38,592 bases of DNA from IMG/VR virus record IMGVR_UViG_3300045988_043362, positions 1 to 38,592 of that record; one strand, given 5' to 3'. Source of the stretch: a virus. The position numbers were made by a program, and so were the translations under genes. The notes under the pieces are model-generated. The model saw only the letters and a list, made by a program, of their open reading frames with translations, was not told the DNA's origin and made no database searches. This document shows, one piece after another, positions 1 to 7,496 of this stretch (the first letter of the stretch is position 1; every line of letters begins with the position of its first letter).

Positions 1-55
1 TGATTGATTATGGTATACCAACTGACAACCAAATGGATACCAATGGTATACCAAC
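1..55. repeat. 55-bp terminal duplicate (same as 38538..38592), most simply a circular-assembly overlap
   Basis: tgattgattatggtataccaactgacaaccaaatggataccaatggtataccaac occurs at 1-55 and again at 38538-38592 with no mismatch. Confidence 0.9.
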
Positions 56-464
56 GGTATCCATAGGTAAGGATAGGTTAGGTAAGGATAGGTTAGGTAA
101 GGATAGGTTAGATATAGAGGGCGAATGTGATAAACCACATTCACCAAAGCGTAAAACTTTTACTAAACCTACTATTGATGAAATACAAGACTACTGCATT
201 GAAAGAAACAACAATGTAAACGCTGAACAATTTTATGACTACTACGAAAGCAATGGTTGGAAAGTAGGCAAAAACTCCATGAAAGATTGGAGAGCAGCTG
301 TTAGGACTTGGGAGCGTAGCGAATACAGAAATGTAAAAGTGAGTAAGAAACAACAAGCCATTGATGTTGTTAATGATTTAATGCAAGAGTTTGGGGGTGC
401 AAATGAACAATCAGCAACAGATAGTGAAAGCACTATCGATGTTACAGCTAGCGTACAGTACTGA
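1..464 (+). CDS. Replisome organizer / replication initiator, C-terminal part
   Basis: The frame is open from base 3. The C-terminal block TFTKPTIDEIQDYCIERNNNVNAEQFYDYYESNGWKVGKNSMKDWRAAVRTWE looks like the conserved C-terminus of Firmicute-phage DnaD-like replication proteins. The tandem iterons encode IGKDRLGKDRLGKDRL. Confidence 0.65.
   Translation, partial: IDYGIPTDNQMDTNGIPTVSIGKDRLGKDRLGKDRLDIEGECDKPHSPKRKTFTKPTIDEIQDYCIERNNNVNAEQFYDYYESNGWKVGKNSMKDWRAAVRTWERSEYRNVKVSKKQQAIDVVNDLMQEFGGANEQSATDSESTIDVTASVQY
10..55. repeat. Two copies of ATGGTATACCAAC (10-22 and 43-55), each containing the 10-bp palindrome TGGTATACCA; candidate origin element
   Basis: Direct reading. The copies are spaced 33 bp apart, and a degenerate copy, tggatacca, lies at 34-42. 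Confidence 0.6.
66..110. repeat. Three perfect tandem 15-bp iterons GGTAAGGATAGGTTA (candidate ori inside the initiator gene)
   Basis: 66-80, 81-95 and 96-110 are identical. Each unit has a 5-bp AGGTN sub-periodicity. Confidence 0.8.
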
Positions 465-1083
465 TATGCCAAAGGAACGCATGAAGTTATATGTTTATAA
501 GCTATCAGATATTAACCCAGTTACGTTAGAACAAGCGGTGAATAATTTAATTGATAGATGTAAATTCTTACCAACGATTGCAGAAATCAGAGAGGAATGT
601 TCCGCATTAAGTGCCTTTGTAAATGCACATGAGGAACTACCTACTGCACAAGATGCATGGGAAAGAGTGTATCAAGTAGCTAGATCATATGGCTATGAAA
701 AAGGGTTAGACAAGTTAGAGGGTTTAACGAAACAATGTGCCAGGGCAATTTGGAAATCGTTCGACCCTCAAAACGGCGATAACTTCAACGAAACGTCATG
801 TAGGGCGCAGTTTGTTAAGAACTACGAAGTGCAAGAAACAAGGGAACGTGAGCGATTGAGATTGTCTAATTCGATTAAAGACAATCACTTGTTATTACAG
901 GCAAGAGAAAAAGCAGAACGTGAACGTGCATTGATTGGTGCTGGTCAAAAGCAAATAGAAATGACCGCTACTGGAAACTTGGTAGAGGTAGCAAAAGAAC
1001 CAGTAGATACAACAGAAATAATCAACAAAAGCAAAATATCTGACAAAGGGAAAGAGTTATTGAAACAAGCAATAGGGGGATAG
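403..1083 (+). CDS. Putative helicase loader (SPP1 G39P-like) / replication accessory protein
   Basis: The first ATG of the 391..1083 ORF is at 403. The N-terminus KALSMLQLAYSTDMPKERMKLYVYKLSDINPVTLEQAVNNLIDRCKFLPTIAEIREEC resembles the G39P loader family. It sits directly after the initiator. Confidence 0.45.
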   Translation: MNNQQQIVKALSMLQLAYSTDMPKERMKLYVYKLSDINPVTLEQAVNNLIDRCKFLPTIAEIREECSALSAFVNAHEELPTAQDAWERVYQVARSYGYEKGLDKLEGLTKQCARAIWKSFDPQNGDNFNETSCRAQFVKNYEVQETRERERLRLSNSIKDNHLLLQAREKAERERALIGAGQKQIEMTATGNLVEVAKEPVDTTEIINKSKISDKGKELLKQAIGG

Positions 1084-1302
1084 ATGAAAGAAAGAGTGAA
1101 AGAGTTTGATGTAAGTGTAAATGTTAGCTTTAACGTTAGTTTTCAAGTCATGGCAACTAGCGAGGCACAGGCAAGAGTGAAGATTGAAAACTTGCTTGAA
1201 ATCATTCGGAATGAGGCAACAGTCGATTGCCACATTCATCCTAACTATGATGTGTTTGTTGATGAAGTAGATGCTGAATTAAATCAAATCAGTTATTGGT
1301 AA
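1084..1302 (+). CDS. Hypothetical protein
   Basis: 72-aa ORF packed tightly in the plus-strand early operon. I recognise no motif. Confidence 0.5.
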   Translation: MKERVKEFDVSVNVSFNVSFQVMATSEAQARVKIENLLEIIRNEATVDCHIHPNYDVFVDEVDAELNQISYW

Positions 1303-1493
1303 GGGGTGATGAGTTGTTAAGTAAAAAACGAAAGATGGTAATAACCATTGAGATACCTCTAAACGTGGAAACACAAGAAGAGGCAACTCAACAGATGCAA
1401 ATGATTATGAAAGCAGATGCACGCACCTTTGAAAGCCTAGAGGAAATTATCAAGGTATATAAAGGAACAATGTGTATCGAACAGAAGATATAG
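1296..1493 (+). CDS. Hypothetical protein (start uncertain; TTG at 1314 follows an AAGGGG RBS)
   Basis: ORF track plus the RBS-like aagggg at 1300-1305. Confidence 0.45.
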   Translation: MVRGDELLSKKRKMVITIEIPLNVETQEEATQQMQMIMKADARTFESLEEIIKVYKGTMCIEQKI

Positions 1494-1502
1494 GAGGAAT
1501 AA

Positions 1503-1889
1503 ATGAATACAGTACAAATTATGGGTAACTTGGCACGTGATCCAGAAGTGCGTTATACACAATCTGGAAAAGCAGTAGCCACATTTACAGTAGCAGCAAG
1601 CAATACATACATTGATAGCAACAACGAAACCAAAGAACAAACTGCATTTGTAAATTGCGTAGCATGGGGAAAGCTAGGCGAAAGCATTGGAAATTTGAGA
1701 AAAGGCAATAGAGCGTTTGTAGAGGGCAGACTTCAAACACGTAGCTATGAAACACAAGATGGACGAAAACGATATGTAACAGAAGTGGTAGCCAATTTTG
1801 TAGGTACATCATTAACAAATGATGAAACTGCACCTAGTAACTTTGATAGCTTTGAAAACAATGATACTAATGAAAATATTCCGTTCTAG
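1503..1889 (+). CDS. ssb: Single-stranded DNA-binding protein
   Basis: OB-fold N-terminus MNTVQIMGNLARDPEVRYTQSGKAVATFTVA...FVNCVAWGKLGE, with an acidic tail ending in NIPF. An AGGAGG RBS lies upstream. Confidence 0.9.
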   Translation: MNTVQIMGNLARDPEVRYTQSGKAVATFTVAASNTYIDSNNETKEQTAFVNCVAWGKLGESIGNLRKGNRAFVEGRLQTRSYETQDGRKRYVTEVVANFVGTSLTNDETAPSNFDSFENNDTNENIPF

Positions 1890-1898
1890 GTGGCCAAT

Positions 1899-2360
1899 AT
1901 GAAAATATTAGATGCTTGTTGTGGTTCTAAAATGTTTTGGTTCGATAAGGAACACAAAGAAACTGTATATATGGACGAACGAACATTAGATACAACACTT
2001 TGTGATGGTAGGAAATTAATCGTAAAACCTGATGTAATCGCAGATTTTCGAAAGATACCTTTTGATGATGAAAGTTTTCACCTTGTGGTATTTGACCCAC
2101 CACACTTATTAAAAGCTGGTGATACATCATTTTTAAAATTGAAATACGGAAGATTAGATGAAACGTGGAAAGAAGATATTAAACAAGGGTTGGCTGAATG
2201 TTGGCGAGTGTTAAAACAAAACGGAACACTAATCTTTAAATGGAATGAGGAACAAATCACATTGCCAATGGTAAAACCTTTGTTACCGCATGAACCACTA
2301 ATTGGCCAACGTAGAGGTAAAACAGTATGGTTAGTGTTTTTTAAGGATAAGGAGAAATAA
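1899..2360 (+). CDS. Small SAM-dependent methyltransferase (probable DNA N6-adenine/N4-cytosine type)
   Basis: LDACCGS (motif I-like) and VVFDPPHL (DPPY-like motif IV). The ATG at 1899 follows taggtgg. Confidence 0.55.
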   Translation: MKILDACCGSKMFWFDKEHKETVYMDERTLDTTLCDGRKLIVKPDVIADFRKIPFDDESFHLVVFDPPHLLKAGDTSFLKLKYGRLDETWKEDIKQGLAECWRVLKQNGTLIFKWNEEQITLPMVKPLLPHEPLIGQRRGKTVWLVFFKDKEK

Positions 2361-2362
2361 AC

Positions 2363-2755
2363 ATGAATAAGATTGTATCAGCTTTATTAGTAGTAGTTGT
2401 GATTGGTGCGGTAGTTTGGAGTTTTGCGTTTGGTGTTCCGATGTATATGGTGTGGCAACAACAAAAAGAAGGCGAGGCAGAACTTGCTAGAGCAGAACAG
2501 AATAGGCAAGTTGCAGTATTAGAGGCTAAAGCAAAACTAGATAGTGCGGAAAGCCTAGCACAAGCAGAAGTTAAACGTGCAGAGGGTACTGCAAAAGCCA
2601 ATCAAATTATCGGTCAATCATTGAAAGGTAATGAGGCTTACATCCATTGGTTATGGGTTGATACTTTGAAAGATAGTAAAGACCAAATCATCTATATTCC
2701 AACAGAGGCTGGTGTGCCTATTACGGAAAGTTTCAGATTGAAAGAAAGCAAATAA
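2363..2755 (+). CDS. SPFH/band-7 (prohibitin/stomatin)-like membrane protein
   Basis: N-terminal TM segment IVSALLVVVVIGAVVWSFAF, then the Ala/Glu-rich helix EAELARAEQNRQVAVLEAKAKLDSAESLAQAEVKRAEGTAKANQIIG typical of SPFH C-terminal regions. Confidence 0.5.
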   Translation: MNKIVSALLVVVVIGAVVWSFAFGVPMYMVWQQQKEGEAELARAEQNRQVAVLEAKAKLDSAESLAQAEVKRAEGTAKANQIIGQSLKGNEAYIHWLWVDTLKDSKDQIIYIPTEAGVPITESFRLKESK

Positions 2756-2762
2756 GACGATA

Positions 2763-3236
2763 ATGACAGAACGAGATATTCAAGATGCATTAGGACGGCA
2801 TCTATTTCTTAAAAATATATGTATACCAAATGTGATGATGAGGGATAGTGGGAAACCACCTTATGAGGCTGACTTTATCTACTTCAACTTAAACACTTTG
2901 CATTTAACAGAAGTTGAAATCAAAACTGATATAAACGATTTTAGGAATGATTTCAAAAAAGCACGTTACCATGACAATCACAATGTTATGTATTTGTATT
3001 ATGCAGTACCTAGAGAATTGTACGATGATCATTATGAAGTAATCGATAAAATGCTTGGTGATGCTGGTTTAATCTTAATCGATGAAATAAATACATTTGA
3101 TTTTCGAGGTAATCTTTATGATTTTGGCGGTTTTGTAAAGAGAGCAAAACGAATAAAAGGTTCTGTTAAATTGAACGAAAAGGAAAAGGAATACTATATG
3201 AGAATTGGGTGTATGAAATGGGTGAATAGATGGTAG
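2763..3236 (+). CDS. PD-(D/E)XK nuclease-fold protein, MmcB-like
   Basis: YEADFIYF...LTEVEIKTDINDFRNDFKKARYH...YLYYAVP fits the D...E-x-K core and the MmcB-family layout. Confidence 0.45.
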   Translation: MTERDIQDALGRHLFLKNICIPNVMMRDSGKPPYEADFIYFNLNTLHLTEVEIKTDINDFRNDFKKARYHDNHNVMYLYYAVPRELYDDHYEVIDKMLGDAGLILIDEINTFDFRGNLYDFGGFVKRAKRIKGSVKLNEKEKEYYMRIGCMKWVNRW

Positions 3237-4012
3237 TAATAAAAATAGAACTATTTAATGATAACTTTCAAAATTTTAAGCGATATGGAATACCAAAGGC
3301 ACAGTTAGTTATTGCTGATATTCCTTACAATCTAGGAAACAATGCCTATGCAAGTAATCCTATGTGGTATGTAAATGGCAATAACGAGAATGGGGAAAGT
3401 AAAAAGGCTGGTAAAGCATTCTTTAATTCTGATTACAACTTTAACATTGCAGAGTATTTTCATTTCTGTAATAGGTTGTTAAAAAAAGAACCTAAAGAAA
3501 GAGGTCAAGCGCCATGCATGATAGTGTTTTGTAGTTATCAGCAACAACCAATGGTTATCGAATATGCAAAAAAACATGGGTTTAAGAATTATATTCCTAT
3601 CACGTTTAACAAAAATTATAGTGCGCAAGTTTTAAAGGCAAATATGCGTATTGTAGGCGCTACAGAATATGCATTAATTTTGTATCGTGAAAAGTTGCCT
3701 AAATTCAATAACAACAAAAAAATGATATTTGATCACTTTGAATGGAAACGTGATAACAAGAATATCGTTCCTAATATTCACCCAACGCAAAAGCCTGTAA
3801 GTGTATTGAAACGATTGATAGAAATATTCACAGATGAGGGCGATGTGGTGATTGACCCTGTAGCTGGTAGTGGTAGCACATTAAGAGCGGCTATGGAATT
3901 AGGAAGAAGTGCTTATGGGTTTGAAATCGATAGAAGAATGTACGCTAAAGCAAAAGAAGAAATGTTAAGCGATGTAAAAGTACAAACAAATTTAATGGAG
4001 TTTGCAGAATAG
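3230..4012 (+). CDS. Site-specific DNA methyltransferase (beta-class N6A/N4C)
   Basis: Motif IV-like VIADIPYN is N-terminal. HPTQKPVSVLKRLIEIFTDEGDVVIDPVAGSGSTLRAAMELGRSAYGFEID (SAM-binding motif I) is C-terminal. Confidence 0.85.
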   Translation: MVVIKIELFNDNFQNFKRYGIPKAQLVIADIPYNLGNNAYASNPMWYVNGNNENGESKKAGKAFFNSDYNFNIAEYFHFCNRLLKKEPKERGQAPCMIVFCSYQQQPMVIEYAKKHGFKNYIPITFNKNYSAQVLKANMRIVGATEYALILYREKLPKFNNNKKMIFDHFEWKRDNKNIVPNIHPTQKPVSVLKRLIEIFTDEGDVVIDPVAGSGSTLRAAMELGRSAYGFEIDRRMYAKAKEEMLSDVKVQTNLMEFAE

Positions 4013-4023
4013 GCGGTGACTGG

Positions 4024-4371
4024 ATGTCAATAAACAGTAAAGACAAAGGAAAACGTGGCGAACGAATGTGGCGTGATGTGTGTAGGTCGCATGGGTTTGA
4101 TAAAGTCCGTAGAACTGCACAGTATTGTGGTAATACAGGTGATGCATCTGACTGTGTTGGACTACCTAACATTCATCAAGAAGTAAAGTTTGTTGAAAAC
4201 TTGAATGTACGTAAAGCATATGAGCAAGCTGAACACGATGCAAAACAAGCAAACAATGGCGATATACCTATTGTGGCTTGGAAGAAAAGCAATAAACCTT
4301 GGTTAGTGGTATTAAGTGCGGATGATTTCTTCCGTATCTATAAGGAAAGTGAGTGGAGTAATGGCGGTTAA
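4024..4371 (+). CDS. PD-(D/E)XK endonuclease, putative Holliday-junction resolvase
   Basis: KGKRGERMWRDVCRSHGF...GDASDCVGLPNIHQEVKFVENLN matches the common phage resolvase-like family (D...E-V-K). Confidence 0.45.
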   Translation: MSINSKDKGKRGERMWRDVCRSHGFDKVRRTAQYCGNTGDASDCVGLPNIHQEVKFVENLNVRKAYEQAEHDAKQANNGDIPIVAWKKSNKPWLVVLSADDFFRIYKESEWSNGG

Positions 4372-4372
4372 T

Positions 4373-4642
4373 ATGAGTGAGTTTGTGCCAGACAATAACC
4401 TTAATTGGTTAGCATTAGCAGCTTGTGTGTATGGAAATATAAGTGCTGGCAGAGCGTTATGTTGTTTGGGTTTGAAAGGTACTAAGCCACAGAAAACATA
4501 TACACGTGCAAGCGATTTAGATGGAAATTCATTATTACAAATGCATAACGCTGGAATGTCATTAAGGGCAATTAGTTATCAAGTAGGAGCAGATTATAAA
4601 ACCGTGAAAAAAGCGTTAGTTATGTTAGGGGTGAACTTTTGA
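4373..4642 (+). CDS. Small helix-turn-helix protein
   Basis: The C-terminal LQMHNAGMSLRAISYQVGADYKTVKKAL looks like a resolvase-type HTH. The start could be 4361 or 4373. Confidence 0.45.
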   Translation: MSEFVPDNNLNWLALAACVYGNISAGRALCCLGLKGTKPQKTYTRASDLDGNSLLQMHNAGMSLRAISYQVGADYKTVKKALVMLGVNF

Positions 4643-5088
4643 AAGAACAAATGAAAGTAAAGTTGGTTAGTGAATACGCACAACTACCGACAAGGGGAAA
4701 GGTAAACTCCGATTTACCACAAGTGTCCGCTGGGTTAGACCTATATTGTCCATTTAGTGTAATGATACCAGCAGATAGTAAGCGACAAATTCCATTAGGT
4801 GTAGCAGTTGAAATTCCATCTAATCACATGGGGTTATTAGTGCCAAGAAGTAGTATGAGTAAAACACCGCTACGATGTGCCAATAGTGTTGGGATAATCG
4901 ATGAAGATTATAGAGGTGAGATTAGCATTGTGTATGAAAATGTATCTTGCAAAAACTACACAATAAATAGAGGTGATCGCATCGCACAACTAATCATCGT
5001 TCCGATTAAACTGGTCGATGTGGTAGAGGTAGATGAATTAAGTGAAACAGAACGTGGAGCTGGCGGATATGGCAGTACTGGTAAATAA
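4639..5088 (+). CDS. dut: dUTP diphosphatase
   Basis: AGLDLY, LVPRSS, NSVGIIDEDYRGEI, GDRIAQLII and ERGAGGYGSTGK are the five dUTPase motifs. Confidence 0.9.
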   Translation: MKEQMKVKLVSEYAQLPTRGKVNSDLPQVSAGLDLYCPFSVMIPADSKRQIPLGVAVEIPSNHMGLLVPRSSMSKTPLRCANSVGIIDEDYRGEISIVYENVSCKNYTINRGDRIAQLIIVPIKLVDVVEVDELSETERGAGGYGSTGK

Positions 5089-5136
5089 GTTTTTAAGATT
5101 AATTAACTGCAAAGGAAAAAACAAAGAAGTTGAAGA

Positions 5137-5280
5137 ATGGAAAATGAATTAGATCGTAATTATAAAAAACTACAACGGATGCATGAAGTTGAACGTGATG
5201 GGGCATTAATGTGTGTAACGTTACTAATACTATCAATGTTAGTTATGATTGCGTTCTTGGTGTATTTGTTATTTAAGTAA
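5137..5280 (+). CDS. Small tail-anchored membrane protein (47 aa; below the ORF-track cutoff)
   Basis: MENELDRNYKKLQRMHEVERDGALMCVTLLILSMLVMIAFLVYLLFK, translated by hand. It fills an otherwise empty gap. Confidence 0.4.
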   Translation: MENELDRNYKKLQRMHEVERDGALMCVTLLILSMLVMIAFLVYLLFK

Positions 5281-5324
5281 AAGATATGGGCGGTGAAATA
5301 TCCGCCCTATCATAAGAGGTGAGT

Positions 5325-5519
5325 ATGAGTACTTTTTACAGAAAAACTAGGCAGTATATACTTTCAGCCTATAGCATTGAAAGTTTAAATGAGATTAGGC
5401 GGAAAGTGGATGATGTTTATAATGCAGGGAAACTCACGGATAAAGAGTATGACAAGCTAATAAAACTTATGGATTATATAGTTGAAAAAGGTGTTAAGTG
5501 CATAATGGTAGGGTTATAA
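5325..5519 (+). CDS. Hypothetical protein
   Basis: The ATG at 5325 follows an AAGAGG RBS. The ORF track starts at a GTG at 5319. Confidence 0.5.
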   Translation: MSTFYRKTRQYILSAYSIESLNEIRRKVDDVYNAGKLTDKEYDKLIKLMDYIVEKGVKCIMVGL

Positions 5520-5528
5520 GAGGCGTAC

Positions 5529-5753
5529 ATGACAAGCTATAGCGGTTACGTTGAACACTCCGACTTTTACATAGCACCTCAAAGCTATCAAGATGCATTT
5601 GATTTCTTATGCAGGCTTGCGGTAGAGAGTGATGAGGATGTGTTCTATATAGGCAAGGTAAGTGAAAATATAGATGATTTTGATTTATATGATGTAGTTG
5701 AATTTAGATGGAATGATGATAGAGGAGTGTGGGTGCAGTATGATCACAGATAA
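5529..5753 (+). CDS. Hypothetical protein
   Basis: 74-aa ORF in the operon. I recognise no motif. Confidence 0.5.
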   Translation: MTSYSGYVEHSDFYIAPQSYQDAFDFLCRLAVESDEDVFYIGKVSENIDDFDLYDVVEFRWNDDRGVWVQYDHR

Positions 5754-6180
5754 ACAAGGGGAAAAGTGGCTGCTTAAAAAGATATATGATGATGGCTGGC
5801 GGTATATTGTAGCTGATAAATACGATAATATGTATCTGACAAATGAAAAGCCATCCATGTTTGATGATGTGGACGAAGTAAGAATAAGCAGTTGTAAAAA
5901 GTATATTGGTATAACTGGGGTTATGGCAGCGTTGCCAAAATTAAGTGCTAATGAGGTTTTTAGTATTGAAGAGGAGTTAGGTATTGTTGATTGGTCAAAA
6001 GTGGCAGTTGATACACCTGTATTAGTTAGTAGTAATGGTATCGAATGGTATAAAAGATATTTTGCATCGTTCGATAGAGGAAATGTATTAGCTTGGGAAT
6101 ATGGAGCTACATCGTGGAGTGTTGATGATGCCGAATGCGAGGTGTATAGATGGAGTTATGCAAAACTAGCAGAGGTATAA
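5740..6180 (+). CDS. Hypothetical protein (start uncertain: 5713, 5716 or 5740)
   Basis: ORF track 5698..6180. The internal ATGs reduce the overlap with the upstream gene. Confidence 0.5.
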   Translation: MITDKQGEKWLLKKIYDDGWRYIVADKYDNMYLTNEKPSMFDDVDEVRISSCKKYIGITGVMAALPKLSANEVFSIEEELGIVDWSKVAVDTPVLVSSNGIEWYKRYFASFDRGNVLAWEYGATSWSVDDAECEVYRWSYAKLAEV

Positions 6181-6187
6181 ATAGATT

Positions 6188-6352
6188 ATGCTTAAAACAT
6201 TACTTGTGAGTGGCATTGCATCTATAGTTAGTTTCTTATTGATAAACTTTGTTGATATAAAGTTTGGAACTAAAAGTGCAGTTATATTAGGCTTGGTGGT
6301 AATTGTAATGTGTCTAGCGTTTATATTGGGGGTGAGTGTTTGGGTGAATTAG
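6188..6352 (+). CDS. Small two-TM membrane protein (54 aa; below the ORF-track cutoff)
   Basis: MLKTLLVSGIASIVSFLLINFVDIKFGTKSAVILGLVVIVMCLAFILGVSVWVN, translated by hand. Confidence 0.4.
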   Translation: MLKTLLVSGIASIVSFLLINFVDIKFGTKSAVILGLVVIVMCLAFILGVSVWVN

Positions 6353-6807
6353 ACGAAAAACAACTAATAGAAAAGGCGGTTGAGTACCTACAACCTGTTA
6401 AGTTGGTTGAAACACAAATTGAGTCTATCAAAAAAGAGATTAACTTATTGAGGCTTAACATGACAACAATAGGTGCGATCGATTATTCAAAAGATAGGGT
6501 TAGTGGTGGTGGAACTCCGCAAGGACTAGATGGTAGCGTGGCTAAATTCCTTGATGTTGTTGCGGAAAGAAATAAACGTATCGATGAATTAACTGATTTA
6601 AAGTGCGATGCTATCAGACGAATTGATGCATTAGATGAAAAACAAGGGGCAATCATATTGAGATATGAGTTTATTCTTAACAATTCGACTGACGATGCAT
6701 TAAAAATGATTGGTAATTATTCGGAAAGGCAGGCAAAACGATATAAACAAAAAGCCTTATTGGAGTTCGGGAAAAACTTGTCCTATAATGTCCGTAAATG
6801 TCCTTAA
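6310..6807 (+). CDS. Putative late-gene transcriptional activator (RinA/ArpU/sigma-70 region-4-like)
   Basis: It is the last gene before the packaging module. The central IDYSKDRVSGGG and the C-terminal ILRYEFILNNSTDDALKMIGNYSERQAKRYKQKALLEF (HTH-like) resemble phage late activators. The true start may be the TTG at 6340. Confidence 0.5.
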   Translation: MSSVYIGGECLGELDEKQLIEKAVEYLQPVKLVETQIESIKKEINLLRLNMTTIGAIDYSKDRVSGGGTPQGLDGSVAKFLDVVAERNKRIDELTDLKCDAIRRIDALDEKQGAIILRYEFILNNSTDDALKMIGNYSERQAKRYKQKALLEFGKNLSYNVRKCP

Positions 6808-6816
6808 TTGTCCATA
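6787..6816 (+). repeat. Three tandem 10-bp phased repeats A(A/T)TGTCCNTA
   Basis: aatgtccgta / aatgtcctta / attgtccata at 6787-6796, 6797-6806 and 6807-6816. They overlap the stop codon of the activator gene. Confidence 0.7.
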
Positions 6817-6837
6817 TACCTATAGTTTGCTATTAGG

Positions 6838-6843
6838 TATAAT
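6838..6843 (+). promoter_or_regulatory. Consensus -10 hexamer TATAAT with no recognisable -35 (candidate activator-dependent promoter)
   Basis: ggTATAATat lies 21 bp downstream of the TGTCC repeat array. No TTGACA-like hexamer occurs at a 16-18 bp spacing. Confidence 0.35.
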
Positions 6844-6903
6844 ATATATGTAGAAGTTGCCACTAAGCGACTACTACTCACTCTTTCCTTAGGACATCAA
6901 AAC

Positions 6904-6944
6904 ACAACAACAAGCACGCCCATATAAGAGCGTGCCTTTGTTGT
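6904..6944 (+). terminator. Intrinsic terminator-like hairpin
   Basis: GCACGC (6914-6919) pairs with GCGTGC (6930-6935) around a 10-nt loop. The stem extends through acaacaa/ttgttgt with two bulges, and the tail is CTTTGTTGT. Confidence 0.55.
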
Positions 6945-7403
6945 ATATGGGCGAAATGGAACGTATAGCGCTAACGGTCGCAGAGTAGCAGCGCAACCAT
7001 AATTGATTACTAAGGAAACAACACTATACTTTTTTCTAATTTCAATTTTGAAGTATGTGTTAAGACAAAAACTTTATATGTAAATTTACTGCTAACTGAT
7101 AGGGGTGGGTCGAATATCCTCACAATATATAGCTTATACATTATTAACCTTAAAGATATGAACCTGCCCTAATTGGTTATACACATTGAATACTGACAAC
7201 TAGCAGCCTCCAAAAGAAACTTATTCATATTCTTGTTGTTACTTAACCTAACACGATTACGATCCATCAAATTGTTAGTTGTTGGTATTGAGTGTGTAAT
7301 GATCGTTGAAAACTGGAGTTATATTTGTTTCCTAGGTACTTAACAAGCTATAGAGTTTTAGAAGGAACGCTAAAACCTATGTGTTACATTGACAAGAGTT
7401 CAA

Positions 7404-7412
7404 TGGTATAAC
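7404..7412 (+). promoter_or_regulatory. Extended -10-like element TGgTATAAC (a TTGACA at 7389-7394 is only 12 nt upstream)
   Basis: Direct reading. The spacing to TTGACA is too short for a canonical -35/-10 pair, so only the extended -10 reading is plausible. Confidence 0.3.
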
Positions 7413-7461
7413 TTCGGTTTTGAGTAATCAATACAAACAAAATGAATAAAACTATCATAAA

Positions 7462-7496
7462 ATGAGGTATATCTACGTGGATATATCTCATTTTTT
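7462..7496 (+). terminator. Strong intrinsic terminator upstream of the packaging/structural operon
   Basis: A 12-bp stem, atgaggtatatc (7462-7473) with gatatatctcat (7480-7491), includes one G.U pair. The loop is 6 nt (tacgtg) and a T5 run follows. Confidence 0.7.

Noticed and set aside
1-55. End duplication considered as att sites, LTRs or a biological direct terminal repeat
   Set aside because: The duplication is exact and short, and a gene reads straight through the join. It is most simply a circular-assembly overlap. True termini need read-start analysis.
66-110. Tandem 15-bp repeats considered as a possible CRISPR array or minisatellite
   Set aside because: The units are contiguous with no spacers, there are only three copies, and they lie inside an ORF. 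They are better explained as origin iterons.
5288-5307. GGGCGG/CCGCCC hairpin as a terminator
   Set aside because: It has a 6-bp GC stem but no downstream T tract (tatcataag). At most it is an mRNA-stability or weak pause element.
7098-7125. tRNA-like T-loop resemblance (ggtgggtcgaatatcctcac)
   Set aside because: The flanking arms do not pair (gtggg versus cctcac), and no acceptor or anticodon stems can be drawn. It is not a tRNA.
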